Assembly: GCA_963775425.1 (NCBI GenBank)
Contig: CAVZJB010000006.1
Location: 128,001 to 192,000, forward strand
Length of the DNA stretch: 64,000 nt
Source of the DNA: an uncultured delta proteobacterium
GTDB lineage: Bacteria; Myxococcota; UBA727; VGSZ01
Direction: 5' to 3'
Numbering within the stretch: position 1 is the first letter of the stretch; each line of letters begins with the position of its first letter. A model generated the notes under the pieces. The model saw nothing but the letters and a program-made list of their open reading frames with translations. It was not told the origin of the DNA and made no database searches. The translations under genes were made by a program, and so were the position numbers. Below, one piece after another: positions 53,592-62,425 of this stretch.

Positions 53592-54214
53592 CGGAGCTCG
53601 GCCGCTCCGGGGCGGCTCCGGCGCTCGCGTGCCTGTTCGACGAGGACCGCGTCGTCGTCGTCGACAAGCCCGCGGGCCTCACATCGGAGGACGCGGCGCG
53701 CACCGTCGGGCGCAAGCTCGTGCACCGCATCGACAAGGCGACCTCGGGGTTGCTGCTGCTCGCGGTCGACGCCCGCACGGTGCAGCGGCTGCAGCGCGCG
53801 CTGCGGGAGGGTCGCGTCGAACGCACCTATCTCTTCATCGCCCACGGGCGCGTCGGCGACGGCGTCGTCCAAAGCGAGCTCGTGCGCGACCGCGGAGACG
53901 GCCGGCGCGGCAGCGGCCCCGGTGGCAAGCGCGCCGTCACCCGGCTGCGGGCGCTGTCGTACCTCGACGGCGGCGCGGGCGTCGTCACCCGCGGCGAAGC
54001 GCAGTTGGTGACGGGCCGCACGCATCAGGTGCGCATCCACCTCGCCGAGGGCGGTCACCCCATCCTCGGTGAGCGGGTGTACGCCGCGTACGACGGCGCG
54101 CCGCGCCTGATGCTGCACGCCCATCGGCTGTGCTTCGTTCACCCGGGCACCAAGGCCGTCGTCGAGGTCGCGAGCCCGGCGCCGGCGGCGTTCGGCGCGT
54201 TCGCCGGCGCCTGA
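53588..54214 (+). CDS. RluA-family pseudouridine synthase
   Basis: VDKPAGL, HRIDKATSG, TGRTHQVRIH, GHPILG, LHAHRL. Confidence 0.92.
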   Translation: MTELGRSGAAPALACLFDEDRVVVVDKPAGLTSEDAARTVGRKLVHRIDKATSGLLLLAVDARTVQRLQRALREGRVERTYLFIAHGRVGDGVVQSELVRDRGDGRRGSGPGGKRAVTRLRALSYLDGGAGVVTRGEAQLVTGRTHQVRIHLAEGGHPILGERVYAAYDGAPRLMLHAHRLCFVHPGTKAVVEVASPAPAAFGAFAGA

Positions 54215-54254
54215 CGACCTCCGCACCACCCTTCGCGGGCTGCTACGATGGCGC

Positions 54255-54911
54255 ATGCGCTTCGCCCGCCTCTGGTCGCGCGCCGGCGCCGCCCTCTACC
54301 TTGCGCTCGCCGTCGTCCCGCTCCTGCGCGTCGTCGACGGCGCCACCGGCACCGACGGCTGGTCTCCGCTCGACGGCGGGTCCTTCTTCGACGAGGCGCG
54401 GGCCGGCGTGCTGTGGCCGGTGTGGCTGTCGCTCTGGGGCGCGGCGCTGCTGTTTTGGTGGGTGGGCGCGCCGGTGCTCGCGGGCGCCGCCGGCGGCTCG
54501 CGGCTCCGCGCGTTGTCTCGCGTGATCCTCCCGGGCTTTGCGGCCGGCGGCGCCGTCGCCGTCGTCGACGACGCGCTCACCGCGCACGCGCCCGTCCTCG
54601 GCGAGCGCGTCGACGCGGAGCGCGCCCGCCAGCGCCGCCTCGGTCGCGCCGTGGTCACCGGCGGCTTCCTCACCGTCCCGCTGTTCTGCCTGCTGCCCAT
54701 CGTCGCCATCGCCGCGGTCGGCCGCGCCTTCACCGACGGCGACGCGGGCTTTGTCCCGCGCTTCGTCTACCTCGGCGCGATGTTCCTGCCGCTCTCTGTG
54801 GCGCCCGCCGTCCGCGTGATCCAGTTGCGCGCCCTCGCTCGTGTCCTCGAGGACGTCGACGTCCGCAACGACCCCGTCCGCGCCTCCGCGGCGGAGCCGG
54901 TCGGCGGATGA
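54255..54911 (+). CDS. Hypothetical integral membrane protein
   Basis: 4-5 hydrophobic segments, GC3 bias. Confidence 0.6.
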   Translation: MRFARLWSRAGAALYLALAVVPLLRVVDGATGTDGWSPLDGGSFFDEARAGVLWPVWLSLWGAALLFWWVGAPVLAGAAGGSRLRALSRVILPGFAAGGAVAVVDDALTAHAPVLGERVDAERARQRRLGRAVVTGGFLTVPLFCLLPIVAIAAVGRAFTDGDAGFVPRFVYLGAMFLPLSVAPAVRVIQLRALARVLEDVDVRNDPVRASAAEPVGG

Positions 54912-54935
54912 CGGAGACGATGCTACACGCACGGC

Positions 54936-55244
54936 GTGGCCCGGCCCTCGCTCCTGATCTGCACCAAGTGTGACGGCGGCGACGCGCTGTACGAGCGCAC
55001 ACGCAACCTGCGCAAGCAACGCGAGCTGAAAGAGGTGTTCAAGGTCGAGGAGGTGCGCTGCCTCTCGCTGTGCGATGCACCGTGCGCCGTGCAGCTCGAG
55101 GGCAAGAAGCGGTCGACGGTGTCGCGCACCGCCCTCGACGCGCGCGACGCCGAGCGCCTCGTCGACGTCGCGTCCGCCTTCGCCGCGCTGCGGCCCGGCG
55201 AGGATCTGCCCGAGCGGGCGCTCCCCGGCGAGCACGCGGACTAG
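54936..55244 (+). CDS. DUF1636/thioredoxin-like ferredoxin-type metal-binding protein
   Basis: LICTKC..VRCLSLCDAPCAV Cys pattern. Confidence 0.75.
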   Translation: MARPSLLICTKCDGGDALYERTRNLRKQRELKEVFKVEEVRCLSLCDAPCAVQLEGKKRSTVSRTALDARDAERLVDVASAFAALRPGEDLPERALPGEHAD

Positions 55245-55772
55245 AGAGTTGAACCGCAAAAACAAGTGGGTCGGCCAAGCACTCGGCGCGAAGCGCCGCC
55301 CGCACGTCGTCGATGCGCATGAAGCGGCGGGCGTGCCGGCACGCGCGCCAGGCCCGTCGCCGGTGCGCTGACACCGAGACGTCCGGACGCGGAATTTGGA
55401 GTGGTGTCGCTGTGGCGGCTTCGTGGCGATGTGCAGGGCTCTCGTGCGCACCGGCGACGGGACCCGGCGCGGGCTCTGCTACGCCGCGCGGCGGAGCTTG
55501 GCGATCTCTTGCAGGTTGATCACGTCCGCGGCGCGGTCCAGGTCGAGCTCGTTGTTGCGCACGCCCTTGTCACGGGCGCGACCGCCCTGCACGGCGTCGA
55601 CGCGAGGGAGCTTGTGCTCCACGACGGTGCGCACGAGAGCCCTCCACACCGCTGCGAAGTCGCCACAGCGACACCGCTCCATCTTCCGCTTCGACGTCTC
55701 GGTGTCAGCGCACCGGCGGCGGGACCACCGCGCGTGCCGGCACTGACCCTGTCCGCTATGCGGATCACTTCT
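55245..55772 (-). mobile_element. Non-autonomous IS-derived element (IS1182/IS5-like) with 14-bp TIRs, CTAG target duplication, transposase C-terminal remnant and ~120-bp internal inverted repeat
   Basis: CTAG at 55241 and 55773; TIRs AGAGTTGAACCGCA / AGAAGTGATCCGCA (11/14); VEHKL..QGGRARDKGVRNN..DL.RAA..NL remnant at 55479-55622. Confidence 0.72.
55333..55743. repeat. Long imperfect inverted repeat, arms 55333-55453 and 55625-55743
   Basis: GTGCCGGCACGCGCG..CGCCGGTGCGCTGACACCGAGACGTC..GGTGTCGCTGTGGCG..AGGGCTCTCGTGCGCACCG is mirrored on the opposite strand. Confidence 0.92.
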
Positions 55773-56441
55773 CTAGTCGCCGCCCCGAAGCGCGGACCGC
55801 AGCAGGCGGCACAGCGCCTCGATCTCCTCGCGTTGCAGCGGGGCGGACAGGCAAACGCTGCCAAGCCCGCGGGTGTCGACGATGCGGTTTGCGGCGTCGC
55901 CCTCGACGCCGCGGCCGTTCACGAACACGCACGCGGGCCCGCGCTCGTCTTGTTCGCGGAGGTAGAGCCGCAGCTCACCCTCGACGCGCGCGATCACTCG
56001 GCAGCTCGCGAGCAGCTCGTCCACCGCGCGGCGACGGCCAAGCCACGGCGCCGTCGCTGCCGCGACCATCTCGTCGACGACCTGCGGCGCGAGCATCGCC
56101 ACCACGTCGTCGTCGGCAGCGGCGCGGGGCACCAGCGTGTCGAGGAAGGCCATGACATCGTCGGGCTCGAAGTCGTCGTCGACGCTGACGCCGCCGACGT
56201 CTCGCTGCCGGATGACCGAGCCGAGGCGGGCGAGCGCGTCGGCGTCGAACGCGACGAACGAGTCGTTGAGCACCGCGGCCTCGGGGACGACCATCAAAGA
56301 CATCCTGCCATCGCGCCGCCTGATGGCGCGAATGGCCTCGCCCACCGCCTCGATGTGCCTCTCTCGCGCGGCGGGCTCGTCGAGGAAGTCGACGAGGGCC
56401 TGCAACAAGGCCGACGCGAGCGGGTCTTCGACGGCGACCAT
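55773..56441 (-). CDS. Hypothetical protein
   Basis: 222-aa ORF with globular composition; fills the gap between the element and the SDR gene. Confidence 0.6.
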   Translation of the reverse strand: MVAVEDPLASALLQALVDFLDEPAARERHIEAVGEAIRAIRRRDGRMSLMVVPEAAVLNDSFVAFDADALARLGSVIRQRDVGGVSVDDDFEPDDVMAFLDTLVPRAAADDDVVAMLAPQVVDEMVAAATAPWLGRRRAVDELLASCRVIARVEGELRLYLREQDERGPACVFVNGRGVEGDAANRIVDTRGLGSVCLSAPLQREEIEALCRLLRSALRGGD

Positions 56442-56592
56442 CGCCGGATTGTACCGACCCGGGGCGTTCGCGGGTCGACGCGGTGCGGTGCGATGCGCGA
56501 CACGGTTCCACCGCGCCTCGTGGTCGCGCTACACGGTTCTTCACGAAACCGAGCGAGAGCAGCGTCATCTCGTGAAGCAGGAGGGCATCACC

Positions 56593-57501
56593 ATGTCGAA
56601 GAAGGTCGCATTGGTCACCGGAGGGAACCGCGGGCTCGGCCTGCTCATGGCGCAGCGGCTCGCCGCCGCCGGCTTCCACGTCGTCATCGGGTCGCGGAAC
56701 GCGCAAAACGGCGCCGCCGCTGTCGAGAAGCTGAAGGCGCAGGTGCCGGGCGCCGAGGTGGAGGCGTTGCCGCTCGACGTGAGCTCGTTCGCGTCGCTGC
56801 GGGCGGCCGTCGACACGCTGCACCAGCGCGGACTCGCGCCCAGCTTGCTCGTCAACAACGCCGGCACCATGACGGTCGAGGGTGAGCCCTTGCACAAAAA
56901 CGAGCAGGGGATCGAGACCACGTTCGCGGCCAACCACCTCGGCGCCGCGCTGCTGTCGCTCCTGTTGCTCGAAGACCTGCGCAAGGCCGGGCCGTCGCGC
57001 ATCGTCAACATCGCGTCGCGCGCGCACATGGGCTTCCCGGGCATGGGCGGGCCCGCGGTGTTCGACTTCGACAACATCAACGGCGAGAAGGGCTTCGACG
57101 GGATGATGGCGTACAAGAACTCCAAGCTCGCGATGATCTGGTTCACCTACGAGCTCGCGCGGCGCTTGAAGGACAAATCGGTGACGGTGAACGCGGTCTG
57201 CCCGGGCTTCGTCCCCGAGACCGTTGGCGAGCACACCAAGGGCTTTCAACGTTTCCTGTTCAAGCACGTGCTCACGCACGTCCCCGGCGCGCACCCCGCG
57301 GCCGAGGCCGCCGACAACCTCGCCTTCGTCGCCCTCGACGACTCCCTCGCCGGCGTCACCGGCAAGTTCTACGGCGAGAAGCACCCCGTCGAGAGCTCGC
57401 CCGACTCGTACGACACCGACAAGCAGAAGCGCCTGTGGGACCTCACGTGGGGGCTCACCGGCGTCTCCGCCGACGAGCTCGCCCGCCTCGGCCTCGCGTG
57501 A
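56593..57501 (+). CDS. SDR-family oxidoreductase (retinol dehydrogenase-like)
   Basis: TGGNRGLG, NNAG, ANHLG, YKNSK, CPGFV; GGAGG RBS. Confidence 0.94.
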   Translation: MSKKVALVTGGNRGLGLLMAQRLAAAGFHVVIGSRNAQNGAAAVEKLKAQVPGAEVEALPLDVSSFASLRAAVDTLHQRGLAPSLLVNNAGTMTVEGEPLHKNEQGIETTFAANHLGAALLSLLLLEDLRKAGPSRIVNIASRAHMGFPGMGGPAVFDFDNINGEKGFDGMMAYKNSKLAMIWFTYELARRLKDKSVTVNAVCPGFVPETVGEHTKGFQRFLFKHVLTHVPGAHPAAEAADNLAFVALDDSLAGVTGKFYGEKHPVESSPDSYDTDKQKRLWDLTWGLTGVSADELARLGLA

Positions 57502-58349
57502 GCGACGCGCTCGCCGCGGTCGCAGCCGAGACCGTCGCGCTGTGCACGGCGGGCTCGTATGTGTCGGCGTCCGGCGTCGTCGTCGACATCCGCGCCGTCG
57601 TCGACGCCGCCGTCGCCGGCACGCGGCTGTACCGCGACGACGAGCTGCGTGCGCTGGTGGCGGCGCGCGCCGCGCCGGCGCGGGTGGCGCGGGTGCGCTG
57701 CCTCGAGGAGCGCTCGGGCGCGTGCGCGGGCCGGCTCCTCGGCGAGGGGAGGCGGCGCGTGGCGGTGCTCAACTACGCCAACGGCGTGCGCCCCGGCGGG
57801 GGCTTCCTCGTCGGCGCGCGGGCGCAGGAGGAGGCGCTGTGCCGGTGCTCGGGGCTGTACGCCTGCCTCTCCGGCGCCGGGGCGCGCGCGTTCTACGACG
57901 ACAACCGCGCCGCGGGCTCCGCGCTCGTTCGCGGCCACGTGCTCGTGAGCCCCGCCGTCCCGTTCTTTCGCACGGAGGACCTCGCGCTGCTCGACGCGCC
58001 GTTCGTCGTCACGGTGCTGACGTGCGCCGCCCCGGACCTCGGCCGGCTGCGCGCCGCCATCGCCCGGGGCAAGGAGCCACCCGAGCGGCTCGACGAGGTG
58101 CCCGCGATCTTCGCGGAGCGCACCGGGATGGTGCTCGCCGCCGCGCGCGCCGCCGGCTGCGACGCCGTCGTCGCCGGGCCCTGGGGGTGCGGTGCCTTCG
58201 GCAACGATCCCGACGTCGTCGCAGGCGCGTTCGCCGCGGCCGTCGCCCGCCACGGCGACGCCTTCGACGACGTCGTCTTCGCGACCTGGGGCCCGCCGGA
58301 CAACCGCGCGGCGTTCGAGCGTCGCTTCGCTTCGGTCGGGCCGCACTGA
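57498..58349 (+). CDS. TIGR02452 family macrodomain (bacterial PARG-like)
   Basis: LNYANGVRPGGGFLVGARAQEEALCRCS (GGG-x6-QEE), SPAVPFFR, GPWGCGAFGND. Confidence 0.9.
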   Translation: MSDALAAVAAETVALCTAGSYVSASGVVVDIRAVVDAAVAGTRLYRDDELRALVAARAAPARVARVRCLEERSGACAGRLLGEGRRRVAVLNYANGVRPGGGFLVGARAQEEALCRCSGLYACLSGAGARAFYDDNRAAGSALVRGHVLVSPAVPFFRTEDLALLDAPFVVTVLTCAAPDLGRLRAAIARGKEPPERLDEVPAIFAERTGMVLAAARAAGCDAVVAGPWGCGAFGNDPDVVAGAFAAAVARHGDAFDDVVFATWGPPDNRAAFERRFASVGPH

Positions 58350-58413
58350 ACGCCGGTGCGGTCGCTTCGGACCGGCAAGCGCCGCCGTGCGCGTCGTCGG
58401 CTACACTCGGCGC

Positions 58414-59895
58414 ATGCTCATGCGTGCTCTCCTGCTCTTCGCCGCCGTCATCGCCCTCGAGCCCCTCGGCTGCTCGAGCTGCGCCCAGCCCATCGCCGAG
58501 GGCGAGGGCGAAGGCGACGAGGGCGAGGGCGAAGGTGAAGGCGACGAAGGCGAAGGAGAAGGCGAAGGAGAAGGCGAAGGAGAAGGCGAAGGAGAAGGCG
58601 AAGGAGAGGGAGAAGGGGAGGGAGAAGGGGAGGGAGAGGGCGAAGGAGAAGGTGAAGGTGAAGGTGAAGGTGAAGGTGAAGGTGAAGGTGAAGGTGAAGG
58701 CGAGGGGGAAGGAGCCTGTCCGGACCCCGCCGGCACGCTCTTCGTCGACGGCCTCGGCGGCAACGACACGACCGGCAACGGCTCGTCCACGTGTCCCTTC
58801 AAGTCGATCGCGCACGCGCTCACGAGCGCGGCGGCTGACAACAGCATCGACACCGTCCACGTCGCCGGCGGCGCGGCCGGCGCGCCGATCACGTACTCCG
58901 CCGCGGCCACCGGCGAGGTGTTCCCGCTCGCTCCGCGCAACGACCTGGCCATCGAGGGTGACGGCGCCGCCACCGTCGTCATCAGCGGCAACGACCGCAT
59001 CGGCAGTTGCCCCAACGCGACCACCTGCGTCGTGCACGTCGCGCACGACAACGTCTCCATCCGCGCCGTGACAATCTCCTCGGCGGGCGCCGTGCGCGGC
59101 GTGGTCGTCGACAACGCCGTGGGCGTCGCGATCTCCGACGCCACGCTGACAAACATCCCAGGCGCGGCCGTGTTCGCCGCCGGCTCGTCCGAGCTGAGCC
59201 TGACGCGGGTGAACGCGCTCGCCGACGGCACCGGCGTCGTCGCCATCGCCACCGCCGACGTCACGCTCGCGAACGTCAACGCCAGCCAGAACGGGGGAGC
59301 GCTCGCGGCCCGCGACGGCGCCACGCTGACGTCGTCGTCGTGCACGTTCACGAACAACAACGGCAACGACGCGCAGGGCGCCGTGGCCCTCGCCGGCACC
59401 GCTTCGTGGACGTCCACCGACAATCACGTCTCCGACAACGCACGCGACGGCGTGCTCCTCGGGACGCCCGCCGCCGCGAGCGCGAACACGGTGGTGATGT
59501 CGTCGACGGCCGGCGGGCAGGGCTGCGAGATCGAAGGCAACGGCACCGCCGCCCGCGGCAACGGCGTCCGCGCGTTCGGCACCAGCAGCGTCACGCTCGC
59601 GGGTTGCACGGTGCTCGGCAACAGCGGCAGCGGCGTCGACCTCAACGCCCTCGCGCGCGCTGACCTCGGCGCGGCGAGCAACGGCTCCTCCGGAGGCAAC
59701 ACCCTCCAGTCGAGCACGGCCGCGCTCGCGAACGCCGGCGCCGGCGTATGCAACAACACCCTGCTCGACGTCACCGCGGTGAACAATCACTGGTCGGCCT
59801 GCGACCCCGTCACCTCGAGCACCTGCGACAACGCCGTCGACGTCGGCACGCCGAGCACCGGCACCGTCACCACCGCCGGCTGCCTCACGCCTTAG
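58414..59895 (+). CDS. Lipoprotein with long (GE)n linker, DUF1565-like domain and right-handed beta-helix
   Basis: Signal..LGC; ~72-aa GE tract; FVDG..GND..GS..CPFKSIAHA; periodic N..G/I.GN repeats. Confidence 0.85.
   Translation: MLMRALLLFAAVIALEPLGCSSCAQPIAEGEGEGDEGEGEGEGDEGEGEGEGEGEGEGEGEGEGEGEGEGEGEGEGEGEGEGEGEGEGEGEGEGEGEGEGACPDPAGTLFVDGLGGNDTTGNGSSTCPFKSIAHALTSAAADNSIDTVHVAGGAAGAPITYSAAATGEVFPLAPRNDLAIEGDGAATVVISGNDRIGSCPNATTCVVHVAHDNVSIRAVTISSAGAVRGVVVDNAVGVAISDATLTNIPGAAVFAAGSSELSLTRVNALADGTGVVAIATADVTLANVNASQNGGALAARDGATLTSSSCTFTNNNGNDAQGAVALAGTASWTSTDNHVSDNARDGVLLGTPAAASANTVVMSSTAGGQGCEIEGNGTAARGNGVRAFGTSSVTLAGCTVLGNSGSGVDLNALARADLGAASNGSSGGNTLQSSTAALANAGAGVCNNTLLDVTAVNNHWSACDPVTSSTCDNAVDVGTPSTGTVTTAGCLTP
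58498..58713 (+). repeat. Purine-rich hexamer repeat (GGNGAR)n encoding poly(Gly-Glu)
   Basis: Blocks of GGCGAAGGAGAA, GGGGAGGGAGAR and (GGTGAA)n. Confidence 0.95.
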
Positions 59896-59924
59896 GGTTG
59901 TCAGCGCGCCGGGGCGGCGGCCAG

Positions 59925-61196
59925 CTAAGGCAGGCGGAGGACGTCGCCGGGCTGCAGGCCCGAGAGGACCTCGGCGTGGGTCGGGGAGGTCTTGCCGATC
60001 TTGACGTCGACGGTGCTGCCGTCGGCGCGGGTGCCGCTGAAAGCGCCGTTGTTCTCCGTGAGCGCGGCGAGCGGGACGAGCACGGCGTCCTTGGCCAGCA
60101 CCGCCGAGATGTCGGCGCGCACGGTCCCGCCCGGGCGGAGCGGGAGGTCGCTGTCCTCGAGCTCGAGCACGAGCTTCACCTCCTTGAGGCTCCCCTGCGG
60201 CGTGTTGGTGCCCATGCGCTCGTTGCGGGTGGTGGCGAAGTCGTCCTTGCTCACCACTTTGGCCTTGAGCGGCCGATCCGGAGCGAGGGTGACGACGACG
60301 GTGGCCTCGTCGCCGACGCTGACGAGCGAAGCGTCGCGCTGGCGCACGTAGACGGCGGCGTTGAAGCTCGTCAGCTCGGGGATCTCGAGGATCTTGTCTC
60401 CGGGACGCGCCACCTTCCCCGGCGACGCCTTGGTCATCGTCCAGTTCAGGCGCGTGTACGGCGCGTAGAGGATGCCGTCGGCGGGCGCCTTCACGGCGAG
60501 CTTCTGCAGCTCGTCCTTCAACTGGTCGACCTTCTCCTGCGCGGTCTTCACCTGCACCTGCTGGACCTCGAGCGCGGCCTGCTTCTTCTTTTCGAAGGTG
60601 GCGAGCTCCTTCTCCGCCGTCTCCTGCTGCAGCTCGGCGTTGCGGAGGTCGACCTTGGCCTTTTCGAGGTCGAGCTTGGACACCAGATTCACGCCCTCGA
60701 CGACGCTGAGCTTGGCGAGCTGCACGGACATCTTGGCGCGCTGCACGGCGAGCGTGCGCGAGATGGCCTCGTCCTCGTTTTGCTGCTGGACCTTCCTGAG
60801 CTCCGCCTGCGCGACGAGGAGGTCCGCCTGCGCGTCGCGCAGATCCTGCTGGAAGGTGCCGGGCGCGAAGGTGAGCACCGTGTCGCCCTTCTTGACCTTG
60901 GTGCCGTCCGGCAGCACCGACTCCACCGTCACCTGCCACACCTTGCTGAGCTCGGGCACGAGCACCGGATGGCTCTGCCGCGCCTCGATCTCGCCGTAGA
61001 AGCTTCCCGAGAACACGAGGTCGCCCTTGCTGACCTTGACGGTGGGCGCGTCCGCCGCCGCCAGGTCCTCGTCGGCGCCGCACGCCGACGCGAGCAGCGC
61101 CCCGGCCGACAGCAGAAACGCGGCAGCGGCCACCGCGGCGGGGCCGCGGGCCGGCGGGCGGAGCGAGGGCGGGGAGGTTCGAGCGTTCATGGTCAT
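59925..61196 (-). CDS. HlyD/MacA-like periplasmic adaptor 2 (lipoprotein)
   Basis: ASAC lipobox, PDGTKVKKGD, coiled coil, VKAPADG, LRPGGTV, GLQPGDV. Confidence 0.88.
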   Translation of the reverse strand: MTMNARTSPPSLRPPARGPAAVAAAAFLLSAGALLASACGADEDLAAADAPTVKVSKGDLVFSGSFYGEIEARQSHPVLVPELSKVWQVTVESVLPDGTKVKKGDTVLTFAPGTFQQDLRDAQADLLVAQAELRKVQQQNEDEAISRTLAVQRAKMSVQLAKLSVVEGVNLVSKLDLEKAKVDLRNAELQQETAEKELATFEKKKQAALEVQQVQVKTAQEKVDQLKDELQKLAVKAPADGILYAPYTRLNWTMTKASPGKVARPGDKILEIPELTSFNAAVYVRQRDASLVSVGDEATVVVTLAPDRPLKAKVVSKDDFATTRNERMGTNTPQGSLKEVKLVLELEDSDLPLRPGGTVRADISAVLAKDAVLVPLAALTENNGAFSGTRADGSTVDVKIGKTSPTHAEVLSGLQPGDVLRLP

Positions 61197-62425
61197 CCTC
61201 GTTGCAGCGCTTCGACGGGGTTGACCCGCGCGGCGCGCATCGCCGGCCACAGACCCGAGACGAGCCCAACCGCGAGAGAGAGGGAGAAGGAGAGGATCAT
61301 CGCGGTCCACGCGAACGCGATGGGCAGGTGAAATGCGACGCCGACGACGAAGGAGACGACGTAGCCGAGGACGACCCCGATGCTCCCGCCGATGCAACAG
61401 ACGATGACGGCTTCGAGCAGGAACTGGTCGCGGATGTCTGTGGCGCTGGCGCCGATGGCGCGGCGCAGGCCGATCTCGGTCACGCGCTCCATGATGTTGG
61501 CCAACATGATGTTCATGACGCCGATGCCGCCCACCAGCAGCGATATGGCGGCGATGGAGATGAGCACCACGTTCAGGATGGACTGCGCGGCGCGCTTCTT
61601 CTCGAGGATCTCCTCGGGCGCGATGACCTCGAAGTCGTCGCGCCCGCCGTGGAGCGCGCGCAGCACCGGCGTGACGGCGCGCTTCTTCTGCAGCGTGTCG
61701 GCGAGGCCGCCGACGCGGAGCGAGATGACGTCGACCTCGCGGTACGCCTCGAGCGGCGCGACCTCCTCCTCGGCGGTCTGGAACGGAACCACCACGGCGC
61801 GGTTGTACTGCTCGGGATCGAGCGGCAGCTCGCCGCCGCCCTTCTTCTTGGCGAGCACGCCGACGATCTCGAAGTAGGCGTAGCCGATGCGCACGCGCTT
61901 GCCGATGGCGCCGGCGGGGTACTCCGCCGCGACGTCCGCGCCGACCACGGCCACGCGACGCGCGTGCTCCTCGTCGACGTCGAGGAGCCGGCGCCCCTGG
62001 GTGACCGTGAGGTGGTGGAGGTCGAAGATGGACGGGGAGACGGCCGCGAGCTTGACGTTGTAGCTGGACGCGGGGAGGTCGGTCACGATGATGTCCGACC
62101 AGTGCTCGTAGCCCGCGGCGCCGAGCCCGGGGACCACCGCGCGCAGGGCGTCGATGTCGCTGCGGGCCAGGCCGCGCGAGTCGTTCACGATCTCGGGGAT
62201 CTTCTCGCTCGGCACGTCCTTGGCTTTGATGTGCACGACGTCGCCGCCGAGGGTCTCGATGCTCGCGAGGATCTCGCGCTGCGCGCCCTCGCCGATGGAC
62301 ATCATGCCCACCACCGAGCTGACACCGAGCACCATGCCCAGCAGCGCCAGCGCCGTGCGCAGCGGGTGCGTGCGGAACTGCACCAGGCTGCGCCGCACTT
62401 TCCGGAAGCCCGGCTGGGCGCTCAT
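61193..62425 (-). CDS. MacB/FtsX-family ABC permease
   Basis: RTALALLGMVLGVSSVV, ISLLVGGIGVMNIML, EIGLRRAIGA, PAMRAARVNPVEAL. Confidence 0.95.
   Translation of the reverse strand: MSAQPGFRKVRRSLVQFRTHPLRTALALLGMVLGVSSVVGMMSIGEGAQREILASIETLGGDVVHIKAKDVPSEKIPEIVNDSRGLARSDIDALRAVVPGLGAAGYEHWSDIIVTDLPASSYNVKLAAVSPSIFDLHHLTVTQGRRLLDVDEEHARRVAVVGADVAAEYPAGAIGKRVRIGYAYFEIVGVLAKKKGGGELPLDPEQYNRAVVVPFQTAEEEVAPLEAYREVDVISLRVGGLADTLQKKRAVTPVLRALHGGRDDFEVIAPEEILEKKRAAQSILNVVLISIAAISLLVGGIGVMNIMLANIMERVTEIGLRRAIGASATDIRDQFLLEAVIVCCIGGSIGVVLGYVVSFVVGVAFHLPIAFAWTAMILSFSLSLAVGLVSGLWPAMRAARVNPVEALQRG

Noticed and set aside
56500-56576. ACACGGTTC x2 and TTCACGA/TCGTGAA upstream of the SDR as operator sites
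   Set aside because: Short matches with no adjacent regulator; cannot be distinguished from chance.
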